Shown here one piece after another: positions 39,799 to 51,987 of a stretch of 64,000 nt of DNA (its first letter is position 1; each line of letters opens with the position of its first letter). The stretch is taken from NCBI GenBank assembly GCA_965205265.1, contig CBDBGH010000003.1:3904001-3968000 (forward strand), given 5' to 3'. Source of the stretch: Alphaproteobacteria bacterium. GTDB lineage: Bacteria; Pseudomonadota; Alphaproteobacteria; Bin95. A program made the position numbers and the translations under genes. The notes beneath the pieces are model-generated. The model made no database searches. It was not told the DNA's origin and was given only the letters and a program-made list of their open reading frames with translations.

Positions 39799-40566
39799 TC
39801 AGCCCCCGGCCTCGATTTCAGCCAGCAGCTTCGCGGCGCGTCCGTCGATAATGCGCTGATAGGCGTTCTTCGCCGGCTGCGCCATGGCCTGCCGGAGCAA
39901 CTCCCGGGCGCGGTCCATGTCGCCGTCCAGCATGCGCAGCGCGCGGGCATATTCGTAGAGCGGCGCTTTCTCGCCGGGCGCGGCCTCGAGCACGCGGCCG
40001 AACAGTTCATGGACCGACTCCTCGCGGGCGCCGTAAGTGATCCGGCCCAGGAAGGAGCCCGCGACCTCCACGACGCGGGCGTGCCAGATGGCGAGGCCCG
40101 TCATCGCCTTCACGGAAGCGGGTTTCAACTCCAGCGCGCGTTTCAGCGAATCGCGGATCTTCGTCCCGTAGCCCCGGTCGCTGGCTTCGGACGTGCTCAG
40201 CGTCTGTCCATGGCGGCCCATGACGCGCGCCGCCGCAATATGCGCATAGGCCCGGTCCGGCGCTGCCTGAACCGCGCGCGCCGCCAGCGCGAGCGCCCTC
40301 TCGAACAGCGCGGGCCGGTCCTGCTCCGCCGCGAGATAGAATGCCTGCAGGGCCAAAGATTCCGCCGCGAAGGCAAGGCCCTCCGGCCTGCCGGTTTCCT
40401 CCGCCATGTCGGCGGCTTCGAGGAACCGGCCTTCGGACCATGCCGCCCGCGCGGCGTCCAGCGGTCCGGCCGCCGCCGGGACCGCCGTCAGCGCCGCCAG
40501 CAATGCGGCCGCCAGGACGATGCGAAACCGGGATGAGGGCAGCGGAACGATGTGTCGAGCGGGCAT
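39799..40566 (-). CDS. Secreted TPR-like helical protein
   Basis: Signal peptide; alanine-rich helical repeats such as KRALELKP. Confidence 0.7.
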   Translation of the reverse strand: MPARHIVPLPSSRFRIVLAAALLAALTAVPAAAGPLDAARAAWSEGRFLEAADMAEETGRPEGLAFAAESLALQAFYLAAEQDRPALFERALALAARAVQAAPDRAYAHIAAARVMGRHGQTLSTSEASDRGYGTKIRDSLKRALELKPASVKAMTGLAIWHARVVEVAGSFLGRITYGAREESVHELFGRVLEAAPGEKAPLYEYARALRMLDGDMDRARELLRQAMAQPAKNAYQRIIDGRAAKLLAEIEAGG

Positions 40567-40700
40567 GGCGGGGAAACTATACAACGCGGACAGGCGGGGA
40601 GAAGACCGATTTTCACTCCGCCCCGCCGCCGTGCCGGGGCAGGAGCGGGCAGGTCGTCCGGCTGGACTTTCGTCCTCCGCGTTATAGAATTGCCGGCGCC

Positions 40701-41105
40701 ATGGATGCCAAGGATTCCGACATCGGAACGCGGCTGCGCCGGGCCGGGCTGCGGCCGACGCGGCAGCGGCTCGGGCTGGCGCGGCTCCTGTTCGCCGGGC
40801 CCGACCGCCATGTCCGCGCCGAGGAGCTGAGCCGGGAGGCGCGCGAGGCCGGCGTCCGCGTCTCCCTGGCCACGGTTTACAACACGCTGCACCAGTTCGT
40901 GGATGCCGGGCTGCTGCGCCGGGTGGATGTGGAGCCGGGCCGCGCCTGCTTCGACACCAACCTCTCCCGCCACCACCATTTCTACGACACCGGCACGAAC
41001 GAGCTGATCGACTTCGACGCCGAAGATGTCGGCATTACCGGCCTGCCCGAAGCGCCGGGCGGCAAGACGGTGGAGCGCATCGACCTGGTGGTGCGGATCC
41101 GCTGA
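40701..41105 (+). CDS. irr: Fur-family regulator, Irr type
   Basis: GLRPTRQR, VSLATVYNTLHQF, FDTN..HHHFY. Confidence 0.85.
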   Translation: MDAKDSDIGTRLRRAGLRPTRQRLGLARLLFAGPDRHVRAEELSREAREAGVRVSLATVYNTLHQFVDAGLLRRVDVEPGRACFDTNLSRHHHFYDTGTNELIDFDAEDVGITGLPEAPGGKTVERIDLVVRIR

Positions 41106-41120
41106 CCCGAAATGTCCCAA

Positions 41121-41137
41121 CCTGGAATCGGTCTAAA
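41121..41137. promoter_or_regulatory. ICE-like (Irr) box upstream of katG
   Basis: Reverse complement TTTAGAC-CGA-TTCCAGG versus consensus TTTAGAA-N3-TTCTAAA. Confidence 0.45.
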
Positions 41138-41144
41138 TTGTTGA

Positions 41145-43460
<2,316 letters not shown>

Positions 43461-43465
43461 GACCG

Positions 43466-43507
43466 GCGGGGACATCCGGCCCGCGCGGCCGGCCGGATGT
43501 CCCCCGC
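43466..43507. terminator. GC-rich hairpin after katG
   Basis: GGGGACATCCGGCC...GGCCGGATGTCCCC; no U-tract. Confidence 0.5.
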
Positions 43508-43538
43508 AAATCCTTCCGTCCCGGGAAGGTCCGAGCCC

Positions 43539-44888
43539 ATGCGCGATGGCAGCCCCGATCCCCCGGCGCGCCGTCCGCTGGCATGGGACGCGCCGGGGTT
43601 CGACGACCCCGAGGCCATCGACGCCGAGCTCCGGCGGGTGTTCGGCATCTGCCATGGCTGCCGGCGCTGCTCCGGCCTTTGCGACGCCTTCCCGCGCCTC
43701 TTCGCCCTGATCGACAAGGCCCCGTCGAGCGGGCTCGACACGGTCGATCCGGCGGATTTCAAGGCGGTTGCGGACGCCTGCACGCTCTGCGACATGTGCT
43801 TCAGGACCGAATGCCCCTATGTGCCGCCGCACCCCCTGGAGGTGGATTTCCCGCACCTGATGCTGCGCCACCGGGCGGCGGAATTCCGGCGCGGCGCGCG
43901 GCGCTTCGAGGACCGCGAGATCGCCGCGACCGACCGCAACGGCCGCGCGGGCGGCATGGCGGCGCCGCTCGCCAACTGGGCGCTGGACACCGCGAACGAG
44001 CCCCTGCGCACGCTGATCGAAGGGCTCACGGGCGTCCACCGCGAGGCCGCGCTGCCGCGCTTCCACCATGAGAGCCTCGAGCACCGCGCCATGGCGGGCA
44101 GTCCGGCGCTCAACGAGGCCGCCCCCGCCTTCGGGCGCAGGGCCGCGCTCTACGCCACCTGCCTCGGCAATTACAACGAGCCGGAAACCGGGCTCGCCGC
44201 CCGCGCCGTGCTGGCGCGGAACGGCGTCGAGACGCATGTCGTCCATCCCGGCTGCTGCGGCATGCCGCAACTGGAGCTGGGCGATATTGAGACGGCAGCC
44301 CGGCGGGCCGGGCGGATCGCCCCGGAATTGCTGGCGCTCGCCGACGCCGGCTACGACATCGTGGCGCTGATGCCCTCCTGCGCGCTCATGCTGAAGTCCG
44401 AATGGCCGCTGCTGCTGCCCGGCAATGAGGACGCGGCGCGGCTGGCGCGCACGGTGTTCGATCTCAGCGAATATGTGGTGGACATCGCCCGGCGCGAGGG
44501 GCTGGCGGCGGGGCTGAAGCCGCTTGACGGGCCGGTCGCCGTCCATATCGCCTGCCATGCCCGCGCGCAGAATATAGGCCGCAAGGCGGCGGAGCTGCTG
44601 GCGCTCATTCCCGGCGCGGAAGTCGAGGCGATCGAGAGCTGCTCCGGCCATGGCGGCTTCCGGGGGTGCCTCAAGGACAATTTCGAGACCGCGCTCCGTC
44701 TCGGCCGCCCGGTGGCCCGGCAGGCGCTGGAGGCGGGCGGCCCTGTGGTCTCCGAATGCCCGCTTGCCGCCCTGCATATTACGCAGGGCATGGGGCGCCT
44801 CGATCCGGACGCGCCGCCCAGGCGGGTCGGGCACCCGATCCGGCTTCTCGCCCGCGCCTACGGCTTCGAGGAAGACGCCGCACCTTGA
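43539..44888 (+). CDS. GlpC/heterodisulfide-reductase-like Fe-S oxidoreductase
   Basis: CHGCRRC..LC..FP, CTLCDMC...CPYVPPH, CCGMP, CSGHGG. Confidence 0.88.
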   Translation: MRDGSPDPPARRPLAWDAPGFDDPEAIDAELRRVFGICHGCRRCSGLCDAFPRLFALIDKAPSSGLDTVDPADFKAVADACTLCDMCFRTECPYVPPHPLEVDFPHLMLRHRAAEFRRGARRFEDREIAATDRNGRAGGMAAPLANWALDTANEPLRTLIEGLTGVHREAALPRFHHESLEHRAMAGSPALNEAAPAFGRRAALYATCLGNYNEPETGLAARAVLARNGVETHVVHPGCCGMPQLELGDIETAARRAGRIAPELLALADAGYDIVALMPSCALMLKSEWPLLLPGNEDAARLARTVFDLSEYVVDIARREGLAAGLKPLDGPVAVHIACHARAQNIGRKAAELLALIPGAEVEAIESCSGHGGFRGCLKDNFETALRLGRPVARQALEAGGPVVSECPLAALHITQGMGRLDPDAPPRRVGHPIRLLARAYGFEEDAAP

Positions 44889-45541
44889 TCGCCGACCTCT
44901 TCAAAGCCTTTGCGCAACTTTCCGACCGGCGCTTCCGCCGCGTGGTGCTGTTTTCCTGCCTGCTGGCCGCGCTGCTGCTGGCCGCGCTCGCGGCAGGCGC
45001 CGGCTGGGCGCTTGGCGGGCTAACCGGCATCGGCTGGCTCGACGTCGCGGCGGGGCTTGCCGGAGGCGCAGCGGCGCTGGCAGCGGGCACCATGCTCTTC
45101 CCGGCGGCGGCGGCGGCCTTGCAGGGCCTGTTCCTGGAGCGCGCCGCGAGCGCGGTCGAGGCCCGCCATTACCCGGGTCTCGGGACGCCCAGGGCGCAGG
45201 GCTGGGGCGAGACGCTCCGCCAGACCGCCTACTTCGCCGGCGCCGCGCTCGGCATCAACCTCCTGCTGCTGCCGGTCTGGCTGTTCGTGCCGCCCCTGGG
45301 GCTCCTGCTGTTCTGGCTGGCGAATGGCTGGCTCTGCGGGCGTGAGTATTTCGAGGCGGCCGCGCTCCGCCGGCTCGAACCGGAGGCCGCCCGCGCGCTC
45401 CGCCGCCGCCACCGCTTCCGCGTGTGGCTCGCAGGCGTCGCCATCGCCTGGCTGATGACCCTGCCGCTCGCCAACCTCGCCGCGCCCGCCATCGGCACGG
45501 CCTTCATGCTGCACCGCTTCGAGCGCCTGCGGAGGCTGTGA
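44885..45541 (+). CDS. EI24/CysZ-like membrane protein
   Basis: AVEARHYP, NGWLCGREYFE; TTG start overlaps upstream stop. Confidence 0.8.
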   Translation: MIADLFKAFAQLSDRRFRRVVLFSCLLAALLLAALAAGAGWALGGLTGIGWLDVAAGLAGGAAALAAGTMLFPAAAAALQGLFLERAASAVEARHYPGLGTPRAQGWGETLRQTAYFAGAALGINLLLLPVWLFVPPLGLLLFWLANGWLCGREYFEAAALRRLEPEAARALRRRHRFRVWLAGVAIAWLMTLPLANLAAPAIGTAFMLHRFERLRRL

Positions 45542-45559
45542 GCGGCGCCCGCGCGCCGT

Positions 45560-47074
45560 TCAGGTCACGCGGCTTCGCACATGGCCCGGCATGTCTCCGA
45601 CGACGATATGCCCTCCGTCACCATCCTCGTGCCAGCAATAGTAGATGCGCAGGCACCGCGCCGGGTCGCGGGTATTGCCGCCGCTCTTGATATGCCAGTC
45701 GGCCCGCAACCGCTTCCCCTGCCAGTCGAACTCGAACGAATCGCCGCCGCTCCTGTCGTTGCGGACGCCGGAACCGGCCGGGACCGGGCCCTGCAGGCTG
45801 TTCCCCGTCCCCTCCAGCCGCGCCTGGCGGTAGTCGCCGGCCAGCCACGCCAGGCATTGCGCTGCAAGCCCGACATCCTCGTAACGCGCCTTCTTGATCG
45901 AACCGAAGGCGCGCGGCGACAGGGCAAGACGACCGTCCAGTTGCGTCTCGCACCAATGGGCGAACTCGCCCCAGGACGCGGGCAGCGGCGGGTCGGCGGT
46001 CCCGGCCGGGGCTCCCGTGTCCTCTTCCATCGCGCTGCCAGCCGCCGGGGGGGCGTCCCGCTTCTCTCCGGTTCGCCCTGCGGCCCGGGCCTTTCGGCGC
46101 TTTCCGGCCTCCGGACCCGGACGCTCCGGAGGCTCGCCCGCCTCGACCGCCGCCGAGGCCGCGGCCATCCGGGCAAGCAGCGTCTCCACTGAGGCAAGCT
46201 GGCGGTTCCTTTCCGCTTCGAGTTCCGCCAGGGCCTCCGCCTCCCTCGCGATCGCCGACCAGGGTGCGCCGTCGGCCCTCTGCCGTTCGAACTCCTTCTC
46301 CTTCGCCGCCAGCCCTATTTCCGCCTCGGCCAGCGCATCGACCGGCGTGTGGGCTTCTTGCGCGATTTCGGCCAGCGCCGCCAATTGCGCGGCTTCGAGC
46401 GTGTCGAGGCGCTCCAGCACCTCAGCGGCGCGGCCCAGGTCGGAAAGAGCCTCGAGCAGGATCCGTATATCGACGCGGCTTCGCTCCAGTTCCGCAGCCT
46501 GTTTCCGGACTTCGCTGCCGGCCTCCAAAAGCGCCTCGGCGGCGGCCTCTATCCGCTCGACCGCGTCCGGCGTCGGGCGGTCCAGCTCGTCCAGAAGGCT
46601 GCGCAGTTCCGCGCCGGCCGATTTCCATCGTTCTTCGGCAAGCGGCGCCTGGCGGGCCTTTGCCTCTCTTTCGACCCGCCGCATGGCCGCGATGATGTCG
46701 CGCAGATCGCGCTCGGCGGTGGCGTCGCCGAACAGGTCGACAGGCGCGTCGAGTATGTCGTCATAAGAGAACAATTCGGGAATCTTCTGGACCAGCCACC
46801 GGCTCGCGCGATAGGTGAAAGCCTTTTCCCTGTCCTTCTTCTTTTTCGACCCGAGAAACCTTCGGTCGAGCCCCGCTGTGAATTCGCCGTCGCGCCGGAA
46901 TTTGTGCAGCAGCGCCTGGTAAAACAGTTCGTCGTCGTTCCTTTGCGCCTCCGCGATCCCGGTTCCGGCCAACAGGTCCCAATGCTCGCGCCTGAGCGAC
47001 GCCGCAACCGGGAACACCTGTTTCAGGATTTTCCAGGTCAGCCCGCCCTGAACGATAGTCTCGCTGTCCGGCAT
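45560..47074 (-). CDS. Hypothetical protein: unique N-terminus, coiled coil, RelE-like C-terminal domain
   Basis: 504-aa ORF with RBS GGAGGAG; C-term WHIKSGGNTRDPARCLRIYYCW...IVVGDMPGH. Confidence 0.7.
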   Translation of the reverse strand: MPDSETIVQGGLTWKILKQVFPVAASLRREHWDLLAGTGIAEAQRNDDELFYQALLHKFRRDGEFTAGLDRRFLGSKKKKDREKAFTYRASRWLVQKIPELFSYDDILDAPVDLFGDATAERDLRDIIAAMRRVEREAKARQAPLAEERWKSAGAELRSLLDELDRPTPDAVERIEAAAEALLEAGSEVRKQAAELERSRVDIRILLEALSDLGRAAEVLERLDTLEAAQLAALAEIAQEAHTPVDALAEAEIGLAAKEKEFERQRADGAPWSAIAREAEALAELEAERNRQLASVETLLARMAAASAAVEAGEPPERPGPEAGKRRKARAAGRTGEKRDAPPAAGSAMEEDTGAPAGTADPPLPASWGEFAHWCETQLDGRLALSPRAFGSIKKARYEDVGLAAQCLAWLAGDYRQARLEGTGNSLQGPVPAGSGVRNDRSGGDSFEFDWQGKRLRADWHIKSGGNTRDPARCLRIYYCWHEDGDGGHIVVGDMPGHVRSRVT

Positions 47075-47109
47075 GAAAAGCGGCTCCTCCCCTTCGCCCG
47101 GCCCGCCCC

Positions 47110-48186
47110 TCAGATATGCCGGACATTCTCCGGGGCGGGGGCGATTTCCCTGCGTTCGACGCGCTTCACCACCTCGACGATGGCGCGGTTGGCGGGGGTG
47201 TCGAGGCCGAGGCGGACCGCATAGTCCACCACGAGCCCGTTGATGAAGTCGATCTCCGTGCGCCGGCCCTTCCGGATGTCCTGGCCCATGGAGGGGCGGT
47301 CGGTGGCCGAGCGGCCCTGCGCATTGCGCTCCAGCACCGCCTCGATCTCGGTCATCGCCTCGTTGCTGCCTTCCGCCGCTTCCGCGACGCGCTGCGGGTC
47401 CATGCCGTAGAGCTTTTCCAGCGTAAAGCCGTGCGCAAGCCCGGTGCGGATCGCCTCGCCGGCGATGCGGATGGCGAGGCGGCGGGTATAGTCGAGCCGG
47501 TCCGCCTCAACGCCGCCGAGGCCGGTCGCCGCCGACATCGGGTTGCGCATGGAGTTGACGACCAGCTTCGACCAGCGCTCGCCCCAAAGGTTGGAGGTGG
47601 CTTTCGCGCTGTCCACATGGCCCAGCATTTCCGCGACGAGCCGCGCGCGTTCCGTGATCCGGCCGTGCGGCTCGCCCACGCGGAAAACGGTGTGCCTCTC
47701 CCCGCCGAGCTGCACATTGCGGCGCACCTCGCCGGGCGCGTGCAGATCGACCGAGATCGCACTCGCGATCGAGCCCAGGGTCTTGCCCCAGCCGACGACG
47801 CCGGCGATCCGCTCCTCGTTGATGCCGTTCTGGAGCGAGACGACGAAGCCGTCCGGCGCCAGATATTGCCGGATCATCTCCGTCGCCCAGACCGTGTCGT
47901 AGGACTTGGCGCAGACGAACGCGATATCGACCGGGCGCTCGCGCGAGAGCCGCTCCAGTTCGGTGACGTGCCAGGCCTCGACCGGCTGGGTGAAGCACTC
48001 GGCTTCCGTCATGCCGGTGAGCTTCAGCCCGTCGCGGCGCATGGCGTCCACATGCTCCGGCCAGAAATCGACCAGGATCGGCGCGTAGCCGGCCCTGGTC
48101 AGGTGCCCGCCGACATGGGAGCCGACGGCTCCGGCGGAGACGATCGCGATCTTCGGCCCGCCTTCGGGCGCGGTCTTGCTGTTCAT
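47110..48186 (-). CDS. 2-dehydropantoate 2-reductase (ApbA/PanE) family
   Basis: AGAVG, KSYDT, SLQNG, WSKL..N, SMGQD..KGRRTEIDFING. Confidence 0.9.
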   Translation of the reverse strand: MNSKTAPEGGPKIAIVSAGAVGSHVGGHLTRAGYAPILVDFWPEHVDAMRRDGLKLTGMTEAECFTQPVEAWHVTELERLSRERPVDIAFVCAKSYDTVWATEMIRQYLAPDGFVVSLQNGINEERIAGVVGWGKTLGSIASAISVDLHAPGEVRRNVQLGGERHTVFRVGEPHGRITERARLVAEMLGHVDSAKATSNLWGERWSKLVVNSMRNPMSAATGLGGVEADRLDYTRRLAIRIAGEAIRTGLAHGFTLEKLYGMDPQRVAEAAEGSNEAMTEIEAVLERNAQGRSATDRPSMGQDIRKGRRTEIDFINGLVVDYAVRLGLDTPANRAIVEVVKRVERREIAPAPENVRHI

Positions 48187-48218
48187 GGAAACTCCGGAAG
48201 GTCTCGGGGGAACAGGCC

Positions 48219-49076
48219 TCAGGAGGGCCGGTCGCCCTCTATGGTGCAGCGGTGCATGTGGCGGCGGTAGCCGTGATAGTCGTTGAGCGCGAAATGGTGC
48301 GTGCAGCGGTTGTCCCAGAGCGCGACCGAGCCCGGCTCCCAGCGGAACCGGCAGGTGAACTCCGGCCGCGCGATATGCTCGCAGAGCCAGTCGATCCAGG
48401 GCCGGCTTTCGGCCTCGGTCCAGCCCTCGAAGCGCACCGTGTGGGCGCGGTTGAGGTAGAGCGCCTTCTCGCCGGTGTCGGGGTGGGTGCGGACCACCGG
48501 ATGCCAGGCTTCCAGCGTCTCCTCCTTGTCGAGGCCGATTGCGGTCATCGCGCCCTTGAATTTGACGAATTGGCCGGCCCGCCCGGCCTCCGCATAGCGG
48601 ATTTTCGCGCTGGAGAGGCCCCGCAACCCGGCAAGCGCCGCCTTCATGCCGTCCGAGAGCGCGTCATAGGCGAGCTTGGTGTTGGCGAACAGCGTGTCGC
48701 CGCCATGCGGCGGCGTCTCGACGGCGTAGAGCAGGGTGCCGAGCGGCGGCCTCTCCAGATAGGTGGTGTCGGAATGCCAGAGGCCGCCGAAATTGAAGGT
48801 CTCGTCCGGCTCCTTGATAACCGGGATCACCTCCGGGCATTCCTCCAGCCCGGCGACGAAGGGATAGCGGTTGCAGGGGCCGAAGCGCGCGGCGAAATCG
48901 CGCTGCCCGGACGGCGTCAGCTTCTGGCCGCGGAAGAAGATCACCCGGTGTTCGAGGAAGGCGCGGTGGATTTCCGAGAAGACGCTGTTGCCCAGCGGCC
49001 CCGCAAGGTCCACGCCCCCGATTTCGGCCCCGAGCGCGCCTGCAACCGGCGCAACCTCGATTTCGCGATAGTCCAT
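48219..49076 (-). CDS. TauD/TfdA alpha-ketoglutarate-dependent dioxygenase (intact)
   Basis: GALGAEIGGVDL, WHSDTT, GGDTLFAN, WDNRCTHH. Confidence 0.93.
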   Translation of the reverse strand: MDYREIEVAPVAGALGAEIGGVDLAGPLGNSVFSEIHRAFLEHRVIFFRGQKLTPSGQRDFAARFGPCNRYPFVAGLEECPEVIPVIKEPDETFNFGGLWHSDTTYLERPPLGTLLYAVETPPHGGDTLFANTKLAYDALSDGMKAALAGLRGLSSAKIRYAEAGRAGQFVKFKGAMTAIGLDKEETLEAWHPVVRTHPDTGEKALYLNRAHTVRFEGWTEAESRPWIDWLCEHIARPEFTCRFRWEPGSVALWDNRCTHHFALNDYHGYRRHMHRCTIEGDRPS

Positions 49077-49102
49077 CGCCTCCCCCCGTCCCGTCGGGAA
49101 GC

Positions 49103-49177
49103 TGGAGCGGGCGATGGGGATCGAACCCACGGCACTCGGCTTGGGAAGCCGATGCTCTACCACTGAGCTACGCCCGC
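49103..49177 (-). tRNA. tRNA-Gly (CCC)
   Basis: GCGGGCG-TAGCTCAGTGGTAGAGC-A-TCGGC-TTCCCAA-GCCGA...GTTCGATC...CGCCCGC-T-CCA cloverleaf. Confidence 0.96.
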
Positions 49178-49430
49178 TTCCGCTTGTCATTCTGCCCCGC
49201 CCGCTCCGCCTGTCAACCGCGCGGCGGCCGGCCGACGCCGGTGACATGTCATGTTCTGTCATGAGGCGCCTGAGCCTCCCTGGCGCTGTGTCATGAAATG
49301 TCATGTTCTGCATGTGTGTGATGCATGTTCCATGAACCGTTCGAGCATAGCGCTCGGCTCATCGACCTCTTTCCCGCCTGCCCTCACCGGCGCCCCGGAC
49401 GCCCGCAGAGCCTCCCCCGGCCACTCGTCC

Positions 49431-49640
49431 CGTCATGCCCGGACTTGTTCCATTGCTGTCCGGTTTAGCCATTGGGCGAGGCTGAACGGGAGTCTGCCGG
49501 GGGTTTCGGGGGCGCGCGGCGTCCCCGGTCGGCCTCCTGTCCGTCATGCCCGAACGCCCCCCTTCGACAGGCTCAGGGCAGGCTCTTTCGTCATACCCGG
49601 ACTTGTTCCGGGCATGACGATATGGGGGCGGCCATGACGA
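49431..49640. repeat. REP-like palindromes with a MITE left end
   Basis: 49451-49620 closely matches 29015-29180; TIR CATTGCTGTCCGGTTTAG directly follows GGACTTGTTC. Confidence 0.85.
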
Positions 49641-49656
49641 CTTGGGGACCGGGACA

Positions 49657-50253
49657 CTACCGCCCGCCGGCGCTCCCGCCTCCTTCTGCGGCCTCCCTTG
49701 CGGCGAGTTCTGCGGCCTCGCGGCGTTCCTGGCGGGCGAGCCAGTCGTAGAACGCGGGCGTGGTCAGCTTGCCCACATACTGGCGCTCACCGAAGTTGTA
49801 GTAGTCCTCGCTGCCGTCGTAACTGTCCTCGTCCGGCACCAGCGGCCCGAAGCGACGCTCCTGCTCCGCATGCCAGGCCCGGAACTCCGGCGTCTGCTGG
49901 CTGCCGACATAGACCTCGTCGAAATAGTGGTATTCGTCCTCGCTGCCGTCATAGCCGGTCTCGGGCTCCGGCTCCGGAACCCAGTCGTCGAGGTCGTCCG
50001 CCGGCTCTTCGGCAGGCAGAGGCTCCGGCTCGGGCATGCGGGCGGCGGCCCAGTCGAGGAGGTTGAGGAGCTGGCGCAGATGGGAGAGCGCGGCGCGCCC
50101 GGCGCGATGGCGTTCGGCCGAGGCACGGTTGTCCTCCGGCGGCGGCGCTGCGCCCATGTCCTGGGCATAAGCTTCGGCAAGGGCTGCGGCGGCCGGGGCC
50201 AGCTTTTCGGCCAGCATCGCCGCCAGTTCGGGGCGGGGGTCGGGTGCGGTCAT
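49657..50253 (-). CDS. Orphan protein with helical N-terminus and two acidic C-terminal repeats
   Basis: RBS GAAGGAGGAG; repeat YDGSED.Y.....YVG...TP.F..W.A.QERR occurs twice. Confidence 0.65.
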   Translation of the reverse strand: MTAPDPRPELAAMLAEKLAPAAAALAEAYAQDMGAAPPPEDNRASAERHRAGRAALSHLRQLLNLLDWAAARMPEPEPLPAEEPADDLDDWVPEPEPETGYDGSEDEYHYFDEVYVGSQQTPEFRAWHAEQERRFGPLVPDEDSYDGSEDYYNFGERQYVGKLTTPAFYDWLARQERREAAELAAREAAEGGGSAGGR

Positions 50254-50269
50254 CGTCTCTCCTCCTTCG

Positions 50270-50508
50270 ACGGGGAGCGTGTCCCTGTTTCGCGCGTCTC
50301 CCGCGCGGGCGCCTGTGCCGGCGCGGGCGGGCGTTACGCAGCGGCGCGGTTCGCGCGCCTGATTGCGCGCGCGAGGCGGCGGGCGCACCTCTCCCGTCGG
50401 CTTCTCGGGTGTTTTCAGAAACGGCGCTGCGCAGCACCCGGGGAGGCGGCTCCGGAAACCGCTTCCCTGGGGACCATCATACCACACTCCGCCAGATGTC
50501 AAGTCTCA
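50270..50508 (-). repeat. Conserved promoter plus leader, copy B
   Basis: TTGACA-N15-TATGAT with extended -10 TG, then a leader homologous to 30545-30790. Confidence 0.85.
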
Positions 50509-50597
50509 AACCAGAACTATTTCATGAAACGCGAACGAATTTCCATCGCCGGCCGGTCGCCGGCCCGGCCCTCACCGTTCCGGACCCGCGCCGGCCT

Positions 50598-51431
50598 TCA
50601 GTGGATGCCCTGCATTTCCGGGATGAATTCCGAGGCGCGCCAGAAGCGGTCGAGGCTGTCGGCATGGACCGCTTCGGCGGCCTCCCCGCCGCCCGGCCCG
50701 GGGCGCGGCTCCGGGTCGAAATGGCCCCAGCGGTCCCGGCCGCGCACCAGGGAAGCCGAGAGCCGGACGGGCGTTACATGGCGGACATGGGCCGGGATAT
50801 AGCTGATGCCGATGCCGATGCGCCGCCGGGTCGAGCGGTTGGGGCCGGAACTGTGCATGACCATGGTGTGATGGAAGGAGACCTCGCCCGGCGCGAACTC
50901 CAGAGGGACGGCGCTGTCCTCGTCCACGCCGCGCTCGACGGTCTGGCCGCGCGACAGCATGAGCGTCTCGTCGTCATGGTCGCGGTGCTGCACCTGGCCG
51001 TCGCGGTGGGAGCCCGGCAGGAAGCGCAGGCACCCCATCTCCCTGGTCGATTCGGTCAGCGCCACCCAGGCGGTCACCTGTTCCAGCGGTTCGAGGCCGA
51101 AATAGGTCCCGTCCTGGTGCCAGGGCACGAAGGACCCGCTGCCGCCTTCCTTGATCCAGACGGTCGTGTGGAACACCAGGATGTCGGGGCCGATGAGGGC
51201 CTCCACCATGTCCAGCAACCCCGGATGGCGCACAAGCTCCGCCGCCCAGGGAAACAGCAGGTAAGGCTTGGTCCTGCTCGCCGCCTGGCGCCGGGAGGGT
51301 TTCCGTCCCGCCTCCACGCAGGACCGTTCGCAGGCCTCGCGGTAGCGGTCCGTTTCAGGAGCCGTCAGCAGGGGCCTCGGACGGATGAAGCCATTGTCGC
51401 GGTAATGGTCGAGGTCGCCCGGGGTCATCAT
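50598..51431 (-). CDS. Phytanoyl-CoA dioxygenase (PhyH) family protein
   Basis: PWHQDGTYF, VTAWVAL, HSSGPN..RRIG; paralog of 15378-16211. Confidence 0.92.
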   Translation of the reverse strand: MMTPGDLDHYRDNGFIRPRPLLTAPETDRYREACERSCVEAGRKPSRRQAASRTKPYLLFPWAAELVRHPGLLDMVEALIGPDILVFHTTVWIKEGGSGSFVPWHQDGTYFGLEPLEQVTAWVALTESTREMGCLRFLPGSHRDGQVQHRDHDDETLMLSRGQTVERGVDEDSAVPLEFAPGEVSFHHTMVMHSSGPNRSTRRRIGIGISYIPAHVRHVTPVRLSASLVRGRDRWGHFDPEPRPGPGGGEAAEAVHADSLDRFWRASEFIPEMQGIH

Positions 51432-51506
51432 GGCTGCAGCCTCTCCCTCATCCGGATGCCCTTCCCGGCGCAGCGGACGACGGGGTCGCGCAGGCGGCGC
51501 TCCCTG

Positions 51507-51761
51507 TCAGGCCGCCGCGACGCCTGTTTCGCGCCGGGTCCGGTCGCCGCGCCCGGCCAACAGGCCCGAGACCGAAATGTCCTCGTCGAGCGCTTCCCAA
51601 TGAATGCCGCCGGCGGTGAGTTCATACTGTTGCAGGGCGTCGGCCGGCGCGCCGCAAAGCCGGGGAAACCAGGCGAGCGGCACGCCGAGCACCCGGCCGT
51701 CGGAGAGCGACACCCACATGGAGTCCCCGTCGAAGGACACGCGTTCAGCCGAAATGGTCAT
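51507..51761 (-). CDS. DUF2442 family protein (putative antitoxin)
   Basis: LSDGRVLGVPLAWFPRL, GIHWEALDEDISVSGLL. Confidence 0.88.
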   Translation of the reverse strand: MTISAERVSFDGDSMWVSLSDGRVLGVPLAWFPRLCGAPADALQQYELTAGGIHWEALDEDISVSGLLAGRGDRTRRETGVAAA

Positions 51762-51987
51762 TCCATGCCTTCCGGATCGATCCCGCCCTGTCTGACGCCA
51801 AGCCGGTCAGGACCCGCAACTCGCGCGCATTGAAACCGCGACTTTCCACCACACGAACCGTCGGTTCAAGCATAATCTTCGCGGAGGAGGACCCTTTCCG
51901 CACATGGACATGCACAGGCTCCCGCGGCGAGCCTTCATTGGAGTAAAAGAAGAACTTATTCCCGTCTATACGAAATACAGTCGGCGC
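51745..51987 (-). pseudogene. DUF4160 family protein lacking a canonical start codon
   Basis: Frame reads (GCG)PTVFRIDGNKFFFYSNEGSPREPVHVHV...WNDHFG; in-frame TAA two codons upstream. Confidence 0.75.

Noticed and set aside
49103-50600. tRNA-Gly as integration site of an island
   Set aside because: The orphan cassette lies 5' of the tRNA; no integrase and no duplicated tRNA 3' end were seen.
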